Below are positions 8,371-14,828 of a DNA stretch of 30,283 nucleotides, piece after piece; the first letter of the stretch is position 1, and the number at the start of each line of letters is the position of its first letter. The notes beneath the pieces were generated by a model. It made no database searches and was not told the DNA's origin. It saw only the letters and a list, made by a program, of their open reading frames with translations. A program made the position numbers and the translations under genes. Source of the DNA: a virus (lineage: Duplodnaviria; Caudoviricetes); IMG/VR virus record IMGVR_UViG_3300009773_000100, positions 1 to 30,283 of that record; one strand, given 5' to 3'.

Positions 8371-9119
8371 TGCACGATAAGTTAAAACATTTGCATATCG
8401 GCGTACCCAATTACCGTGGTTGGATTGAGTCTCCGCATCATGTGTCCATGATCACTCTGTTTCATTACCTTGGTAAGAAGGGTGTAGACGTAAGTTTCAT
8501 CTGCCCGATTAACACGGTGCTTTCGACGGCGCGTCAGTGTTGCGTGAACGCGGCGTGTGAAGACCCGGCGTGCGAATACATCCTGTTTATTGATGATGAC
8601 ATGGTGTTTACGCCGGAGCACGTTGACGCGCTGTTGACAGAGACAGTAGAGAATGATCTGGACTTCTGTTCGGCGTTGGCGTTCTCGAACTCGATTCCCA
8701 CGAAACCGTGTGTGTTCGGTCTTAATCCGGATCTGGTAGAAGGCGGGGACACGCCCTGGTGGTACATCACGACGAACTACCCGAAACAGCAGCGGTTTGA
8801 AGTGTTGGCGTCGGGGTTTGGGATGGCGTGTATCAGCACGCGGATGCTTAAGAAGATGCGCGAGGGCATACCGAACTATCAACATTTCGCATACAACCAT
8901 GCGTTGTGTCCGAATGAGGACGTGTCGTTTTGCCTGAATGCGCGGAAGCGGGGATTCAAGCTGTATTGCGACAGCCGGGTAAGCATCGGGCACATCAGCA
9001 AAGACCGCCCGATTATCTGTGAAGACGTCTACGAATCTCAGGGGAACGCGATTGAATACAACCTAAGCATGGAACGGATGGGTTTTACGGGGGAGGGCGT
9101 GAAACTTGAGCGTGTGTAA
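8370..9119 (+). CDS. GT-A fold (GT2-like) glycosyltransferase (249 aa; start re-assigned from 8280 to ATG 8370)
   Basis: IGVPNY, YILFIDDDMVF (DxD), SGFGMACI and NEDVSFC..ARKRGFKLYCD...IGH. Confidence 0.88.
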   Translation: MHDKLKHLHIGVPNYRGWIESPHHVSMITLFHYLGKKGVDVSFICPINTVLSTARQCCVNAACEDPACEYILFIDDDMVFTPEHVDALLTETVENDLDFCSALAFSNSIPTKPCVFGLNPDLVEGGDTPWWYITTNYPKQQRFEVLASGFGMACISTRMLKKMREGIPNYQHFAYNHALCPNEDVSFCLNARKRGFKLYCDSRVSIGHISKDRPIICEDVYESQGNAIEYNLSMERMGFTGEGVKLERV

Positions 9120-10143
9120 GCGACGCCCTCTGGTAGACATTGTAATCCTCGGCTGCAACCGTTCTGACATTTCGTTGCATTGTCTAAAACACCTGATAGC
9201 GAGTGAGCCGGGGGTTCGGTATCGGGTGATCTTTGTAGACAACGGGAGTACGGACACCACCCCGCGCATGTGCCGGTGGTTTCGTGCGCACACCCGCCGA
9301 TATGTGCCTTGGGCGAAATACAAGGGTATTGACTTTGTATCCGTTCGGAACGAGCGGAACCTTGGGTTCAGCGGCGGTAACAATACAGGGGCGGCGCACG
9401 GCACTGCCCCATTTATTTTGTTCATGAACAACGATGCGTTTCCGCAGGGTGCGGGGTGGTTGCGTAAGCTGGTGCGGTCGCTGGCCCGCGACCGGACGTT
9501 GGGTGCGGTAGGCCCTACGGCAGACAACGTGTTAGGCGTGCAGGCTGCCCGGTGGAACGACGATTGGAAGCGGAAGCATCGCAGCAAGTTTTTGAGCGGT
9601 GTGTGTGTGCTGGTGCGCCGGAAGTTGTTTGATGCGCTTGGCGGGTGGGACGAACGGTTCTTTAACGGAGATGAAGACCTTGACCTGAGCATACGGATAC
9701 GCCAGAAGGGGTATAGCTTGGGTGTGGTGCGTGACGTGTTTGTAGAGCATTTGTGCTCACAGACCTTGCAACATATAGCGGCGGCGAATGGCAAGAGTAT
9801 TAATGACTGGTTTGCCCATACCCGTTCGCAGTTGGTTGAGAAACATGGTGCGGCGTGGCACAACGACCTATTTGAATGGGAGTCGTTGAGGCTGTCGCCT
9901 AGTTATTGGAACAAAGTAGGAGTGTTACCCGATGGGCGCTATTTCCAACTCCCCGGCAGAGTCAAAGACCAAATTGAAGCCTTGGGCAAATTACGACCCA
10001 AATCCCGAACCTCGACCGGAGGACAGTGCGAAACCGTGGGCGAATTACATACCTGCTACGGAATCGTTGCCGGAGAAGGGGACTGCTACGTTGCCCTTGC
10101 CGGAACCGCCGGAGAAGCCCGTAGCGAAGGTGATTCCGCCTAA
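9106..10143 (+). CDS. family 2 glycosyltransferase (WbbL/RfbF-like)
   Basis: VDIVI, VIFVDNGSTD, NLGFSGGNN, FILFMNNDA, LSGVCVLVRR..F..LGGWDERFF..DEDLDLSIR and VEH; GGAGG at 9092-9096. Confidence 0.92.
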   Translation: MSVCKRRPLVDIVILGCNRSDISLHCLKHLIASEPGVRYRVIFVDNGSTDTTPRMCRWFRAHTRRYVPWAKYKGIDFVSVRNERNLGFSGGNNTGAAHGTAPFILFMNNDAFPQGAGWLRKLVRSLARDRTLGAVGPTADNVLGVQAARWNDDWKRKHRSKFLSGVCVLVRRKLFDALGGWDERFFNGDEDLDLSIRIRQKGYSLGVVRDVFVEHLCSQTLQHIAAANGKSINDWFAHTRSQLVEKHGAAWHNDLFEWESLRLSPSYWNKVGVLPDGRYFQLPGRVKDQIEALGKLRPKSRTSTGGQCETVGELHTCYGIVAGEGDCYVALAGTAGEARSEGDSA

Positions 10144-10159
10144 ACCAGTGGGGAAGTAG
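9932..10159 (+). CDS. small Pro-rich protein with two KPWANY motifs, overlapping the GT2 3' end
   Basis: AGGAG at 9918-9922. The repeat differs only at synonymous positions in this frame. Stop lies 1 nt before the next ATG. Confidence 0.6.
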   Translation: MGAISNSPAESKTKLKPWANYDPNPEPRPEDSAKPWANYIPATESLPEKGTATLPLPEPPEKPVAKVIPPKPVGK

Positions 10160-10160
10160 C

Positions 10161-10640
10161 ATGACGCGGTTATGCCTAGTCTCGATAGTGGCGGGGGTGC
10201 TGACCTGGGTAGGCGCGGCTCCGAGTGAACTGACGGTTCGCGTAGGAGATGAATTTGGCGTTCGGGCCTCGGTTGAACCCGAAGTAACGCAGATAGGGGA
10301 AGATGGGGCGGTGATTGCATCGGCAACACCGTCTCCCCCGTATGTGTTTGAGTACAAGTATGTAAAAGACATGATTGCGTATACGCGGGCGGGCGAAGGG
10401 GTGATCGCGGAATATAGCGACATCCCCGATTCTCCGTATGGCAAGGTGCGGGTAGAGACCACGAACCCGGAATGTTTCGTGTACTTCCGCGCCTTGAAGA
10501 TGACGGGGCCGGTGAAACTTCCCACGCAAGCGGCAACGGCGAACGGTGTATCCCTCGATGTGGTGAACGATAGCACGCTGGTTGTGAATCCGCGCAAGGC
10601 TACGTTGCGCATCTCGATTGAAGCAATTCAGTTGGACTAG
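10161..10640 (+). CDS. hypothetical protein with signal-peptide-like N-terminus
   Basis: MTRLCLVSIVAGVLTWVGAA hydrophobic leader followed by a beta-rich body. Confidence 0.7.
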   Translation: MTRLCLVSIVAGVLTWVGAAPSELTVRVGDEFGVRASVEPEVTQIGEDGAVIASATPSPPYVFEYKYVKDMIAYTRAGEGVIAEYSDIPDSPYGKVRVETTNPECFVYFRALKMTGPVKLPTQAATANGVSLDVVNDSTLVVNPRKATLRISIEAIQLD

Positions 10641-10650
10641 GGGTTGATTC

Positions 10651-11256
10651 ATGACGTTTTCTGAGATGAAGCAGCGGATATACGACATCCTTGGCCTTAC
10701 GGGAGAAAGCACGCTTGTTGCCCGGTTAGTTAACGAGGCAAAAGATGAGCTCGTTACAGCCGGTAAGTGGTGGTGGTTGGAGACCACGACTTCGCACCTA
10801 TTCACGGCAGACACGCGGACCTATACGCTTGGTACGGACGTATCGGGTGTAATCGGGATGTTTACGAGCACGGGTGACCCCGTGGAATTTGTAAACAGGG
10901 TGACGTATGAGAACTTGTACCGGGAGAGTTCGAGTACCGCCGCGAATCCGGAAGTATACACAGTAGAGGGTGGTGGTTCGGTGGGCCAGCCGGTTGTGAA
11001 TGTGTGGCCAACGCCGGGTGAGAACAGCACGGGCAAGGTGCGGTATTTGAAGCGGATTGCGGACATGGCGTTGGACACGGAAAGCCCGTCACAGATCCCG
11101 GCCGAGTTCCATCACGCGATAGTGAAGGGTGCGATAGCGAAGTTTCGGGAATGGGAGGATGACCCTCGTGCGGATTCGGCGCGGGCTGACTTTGAGCAGA
11201 CGTTAGCGAAACTTAGGGGGTTGCCCGAGAGCGACACCGTGGATGAGCAGACATGA
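10651..11256 (+). CDS. putative head-tail adaptor protein 1
   Basis: MTFSEM..RI, VNEA..EL....KWWWLE, TYTL..D, VWPTP, Y.KR..DM and IPAEFHHAIV.GA pattern of podovirus adaptors. Confidence 0.7.
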   Translation: MTFSEMKQRIYDILGLTGESTLVARLVNEAKDELVTAGKWWWLETTTSHLFTADTRTYTLGTDVSGVIGMFTSTGDPVEFVNRVTYENLYRESSSTAANPEVYTVEGGGSVGQPVVNVWPTPGENSTGKVRYLKRIADMALDTESPSQIPAEFHHAIVKGAIAKFREWEDDPRADSARADFEQTLAKLRGLPESDTVDEQT

Positions 11257-11612
11257 ACTATCCCGACACAGTGAAAACAAACGCTGAAAAGCTCGCGTTC
11301 TGCTACGCGGCGCAGGAGCGGCTGAGGCAAGCCCACAACGTCGTGGGCGCGTGGTATCGCGAGGGCATTGTGGACAGCAAGGCGCTGGCGACGCTGCCAA
11401 CGGCATGGCAGAAGTCGCTCAGCACTGCGTCGAAAGACGGTGTGTTATCTGAAACTGCGTGGAAAGAGTTTAAGGCAAACGCATACGACGTTGCCGAGAA
11501 AGACGTTATCGGCGAGTTGGGCGCGATGAAAGAGGCCGTCATGAAGGACGCCGCTCTCGTAGCGTCCGTTGACTTGGACAAAACGCTGAGCACGGCAACG
11601 GCTGAAAAGTAA
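11253..11612 (+). CDS. hypothetical protein (119 aa)
   Basis: ATGA and TAATG overlaps on both sides; helical composition. Confidence 0.75.
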   Translation: MNYPDTVKTNAEKLAFCYAAQERLRQAHNVVGAWYREGIVDSKALATLPTAWQKSLSTASKDGVLSETAWKEFKANAYDVAEKDVIGELGAMKEAVMKDAALVASVDLDKTLSTATAEK

Positions 11613-12865
11613 TGGCCCTCGAAAACTACACTACATACAGCGAATACGACGCGAGCGGGCTAGTCACCGTTGGCGCGAACACGCTTGCTGTGGCAGGCAA
11701 CAACAAGATAGCTTTCAGCGTTCACAAGGTATTTGCAGCGGGCCATTTCAGCGGTGACTTTGAACATGTTGTTGCTGTTGCGCTGAATGACGACAGCAGT
11801 GTAAATTACGCATGGTGCCCATTTTGGGGATTGTCGAATGAAACAGCCGAATCCGCGCACTCCTTCAAACAAATTAAAGAGGCGTCTGGTGACTGCCTCT
11901 ATATTGCGCAATACGAGGCCTCGGGCGTCGTCTGGATTCGACTTTTTGAAATATCCACAGGGACAGAGTACATGGACGGCTACAACAGCGCGTCCTACGA
12001 TACCTGGTACTACTGTGAAATTGAGCGCGACGAATCCACCGGCACCTATGGCACATTACTGTGCCGTATCTATAGCGACGAATCCCGCACATCGTTAGTC
12101 GATACGCTCAGCGTCACGCTGCACGAGAAAGAGGACTTCAGCACCGTCTACGCGGTGTCGTCCTTCTACAACAACAGCGGCCGCGCTTATTCGCAGGAAA
12201 TCAAAAATCTCGACTTGCAGGAGTCGGGGACGATAAAAAGCTACTCGGTAGCTGCCGGCGATGACGATGGCCATCTTTATAACGGATCACTGCGCACGTC
12301 AGGTGAAATACTGCAAATCGGCGTGGAAAATGAAGATGATACTTATGCAAATTGGCATTCTATGTTTTTCCGCTTCACTGGGGTGGCTATCCCCGCAGGC
12401 GCAACTATTGAGGCGGCAAGTGTCACTCTTGTCAGTGCGGGCGGGCGGTACGACTATGCTGCCGGAAAGACTGGTTATCTTAAAGGACGCAAGGTTGCCA
12501 ACTGTCCAGCAATGTCCGAAGCAGCTTACAAGGATACAGTGACTTATCCGTACACGACAGCGAACGTGGCGTGGTATCCGACTTCTACGAATTGGGTTGC
12601 TGGTACAAGTTATACGTCCCCTGAGCTTAAGACGGTTGTACAGGAGATTGTTGACCTTGCGGGATGGACGAGCGGGAACGCCATTCAAATCGAGTGGCAT
12701 TATTCAGGGCCGGAGAAAATTGAGGTCTATAACGGGAATTATCGGAAGGTGTACGCTTACGATCACGCGACCTATAACCCGCCGATTCTGAATGTCGAGT
12801 ACACGGGGGGCGTTGCGGGAGGGAATCCGTGGTGGTATTACCGTAGAAAGAGGATGGCAATATGA
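11612..12865 (+). CDS. putative virion/tail protein with two carbohydrate-binding-like beta-sandwich domains
   Basis: N-half is concanavalin-like (DTWYYCEIER, LLCRIYSD). C-half FFRFTGVAIPAGATIEAASVTL...PPILNVEY resembles DNRLRE-type domains. Confidence 0.6.
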   Translation: MALENYTTYSEYDASGLVTVGANTLAVAGNNKIAFSVHKVFAAGHFSGDFEHVVAVALNDDSSVNYAWCPFWGLSNETAESAHSFKQIKEASGDCLYIAQYEASGVVWIRLFEISTGTEYMDGYNSASYDTWYYCEIERDESTGTYGTLLCRIYSDESRTSLVDTLSVTLHEKEDFSTVYAVSSFYNNSGRAYSQEIKNLDLQESGTIKSYSVAAGDDDGHLYNGSLRTSGEILQIGVENEDDTYANWHSMFFRFTGVAIPAGATIEAASVTLVSAGGRYDYAAGKTGYLKGRKVANCPAMSEAAYKDTVTYPYTTANVAWYPTSTNWVAGTSYTSPELKTVVQEIVDLAGWTSGNAIQIEWHYSGPEKIEVYNGNYRKVYAYDHATYNPPILNVEYTGGVAGGNPWWYYRRKRMAI

Positions 12866-13890
12866 GGGTGCTGAAACAGAGCACACAGACAGACGTGCTT
12901 ATTGGCCCGTTGATTGACGACGGTGACTTCAAGGCTGTTGAAGAATCCGTAGCCTACAACGCGACAGGGATAGACGTTGATGTAATCAAGGGCGTGACGA
13001 AAGCTGACGTATCGCTTGCCAATTCAGCGGGGGACGGGTACTGGCGGCATGTGGCGAATGGTTATTACGCGGTGACGTTGAGCACGACCGATACAGGCAC
13101 GCTTGGGCCGTTGCGGGTGGCGTTCGAGGCAACGGGTGTATTGCCTTGTTGGGAAGATTTTCTTGTTGTACCCGCGAATGTGTATGACGCGATGGTTGCA
13201 GGTACGGATTATTTGAAATCGGATGCGGTGGAAATCAGTTCTTCCACCACGGCGGCGAATGCAGTGGAGTCAAATATCGGGTATCTGGATGCGTCGATAG
13301 CAGGGCTGAATGACCTGTCTGCGGCTGATGTAAATACTCAGGTAGACGCGGCTCTTGCAGACTATGACGGCCCAACAAAAGCAGAGATGGATGCTGCGTT
13401 TGCTGCGTTGAATGACCTGTCTGCGGCTGATGTCAATGCGGAGGTAGACACGGCTCTTGCGGATTACGATAGCCCAACAAAAGCGGAGTTGGATGCCGCG
13501 CTTGCGGCATTGGATCTTGGCGGCTCCAGTCTGACCGTGGGCGATATTGCAGATGCGGTTTGGGATGAAGCGCAGTCGGGGCATACGACAGCGGGGACGT
13601 TTGGTTCCTATCTTGATGCGAAGGTCTCCACTATTGCGGGCACGACGGGTAGTGGCGCGGATGAATGCACCATCACCATTGCGGAAGACGGTGTGGGCGT
13701 ACCCGGCGCTACAGTATGGATCACAACCGACGCCGCTGGTAACACGGTGGTCGCGGAAGGTAAGCGGACAAACGATTCTGGTCAGGTGACCTTGTTCCTG
13801 GACGATGGCAGTGCCTATTACCTTTGGGCACAATGTCCGGCTGGTTTCAAGGATATTCACGGTCAACCCTTTACGGCGGTAGCAGACTAA
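12862..13890 (+). CDS. putative tail fibre/virion structural protein with helical repeats and C-terminal Ig-like domain
   Basis: 34-aa tandem repeat, IADAVWDE..SGHTTAGTFG motif and terminal VPGATVWIT...TNDSGQVTLFLD; very acidic. Confidence 0.6.
   Translation: MRVLKQSTQTDVLIGPLIDDGDFKAVEESVAYNATGIDVDVIKGVTKADVSLANSAGDGYWRHVANGYYAVTLSTTDTGTLGPLRVAFEATGVLPCWEDFLVVPANVYDAMVAGTDYLKSDAVEISSSTTAANAVESNIGYLDASIAGLNDLSAADVNTQVDAALADYDGPTKAEMDAAFAALNDLSAADVNAEVDTALADYDSPTKAELDAALAALDLGGSSLTVGDIADAVWDEAQSGHTTAGTFGSYLDAKVSTIAGTTGSGADECTITIAEDGVGVPGATVWITTDAAGNTVVAEGKRTNDSGQVTLFLDDGSAYYLWAQCPAGFKDIHGQPFTAVAD
13306..13509 (+). repeat. 2 x 102-bp in-frame tandem repeat (LNDLSAADVN..VD.ALADYD.PTKAE.DAA.AA)
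   Basis: Units start at 13306 and 13408; many differences are synonymous. Confidence 0.95.
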
Positions 13891-14828
13891 TGGGTAACAC
13901 ATTCTCAACCACGTCGATTAGTGTGGGGCAGGGAACCGCAGTCCATGACCTGTATAAGCAGGTCGCGGATTGGCTTCCGAAGAATGCTCCGGTGCGGGGG
14001 TTTATCCACACGGTCAACCGTATCGTGGATGAGATCCGCACGCGGGGTTTCTGGACGTTCTGGCTAACGGAAGCACGGTTCTCTACCACGGCTCCGTACA
14101 CGACCGGGACGGTTGCGGTAACGAACGCCAGTACAACGGTGACGGGTACGGATACGGTGTGGACCTCGGCAATGGCCGGTCGGCGGATTCGCATCAGCGG
14201 CGGGGAAGAATATCTGATTAACTCTGTGGACACCGGGGCGCAGACGTTGGCCCTGAGCATTGCCTATAAGGGGACCACGGATACCGCCGCGACCTATACG
14301 ATATATGAACCGAATTACACGCTGGCATCGGATTGTGAAAAGGTTATGCGGTTGTGGGATCTGACCGACGAGGAAGAACTGCTTTGCGTGGATGCGGGGT
14401 TTGTGCATCAGCGGCGTGCGTTGACTACGTTCCGTGGGTGGACACAGTTTGTGACCAATCTTGGGCGTGACTTCTCGTATGTGCCGAAAATTGTGATTGA
14501 ACCGTACCCGGATGAATCGCACCAAATCAGCTATCTCTATTACCGGGTCCCCTCGAAAGTAACCTCGATAGACGATAACGTTGATGTGCCTTCCCACCTT
14601 GACCCGACGCTTGTGCAGGGGATTTACGCGGCGATACAGCGGCAGAACAAGGCGTCTGACTGGCAGTCGGAATACCTGTCGTTTAAGGAAATGCTTGATG
14701 CGGCGTGGATGCGGGACCAGCCCATTATGGGACAGATATTTCGTGTGGGCCGTCAGGACCTGGCGGACATGGGCATCATCTCGGAAGAAACGTATGTAAC
14801 GTCTGACAGGATAGTGGAACTGAGCTAA
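13890..14828 (+). CDS. putative head-tail adaptor protein 2 with an inserted small beta domain (312 aa; start re-assigned to ATG 13890)
   Basis: TAATG overlap. VNRIVDEI...FWTFW, YTLASD, IEPYPD and YYRVP...DVPSHL parallel adaptor 1. Insert TTGTVAVTNASTTVTGT...YTIY. Confidence 0.65.
   Translation: MGNTFSTTSISVGQGTAVHDLYKQVADWLPKNAPVRGFIHTVNRIVDEIRTRGFWTFWLTEARFSTTAPYTTGTVAVTNASTTVTGTDTVWTSAMAGRRIRISGGEEYLINSVDTGAQTLALSIAYKGTTDTAATYTIYEPNYTLASDCEKVMRLWDLTDEEELLCVDAGFVHQRRALTTFRGWTQFVTNLGRDFSYVPKIVIEPYPDESHQISYLYYRVPSKVTSIDDNVDVPSHLDPTLVQGIYAAIQRQNKASDWQSEYLSFKEMLDAAWMRDQPIMGQIFRVGRQDLADMGIISEETYVTSDRIVELS

Noticed and set aside
8370-10143. GtrABC-type serotype conversion cassette
   Set aside because: No flippase or polytopic membrane transferase, and the genes are coupled into the late operon rather than forming an independently promoted moron.
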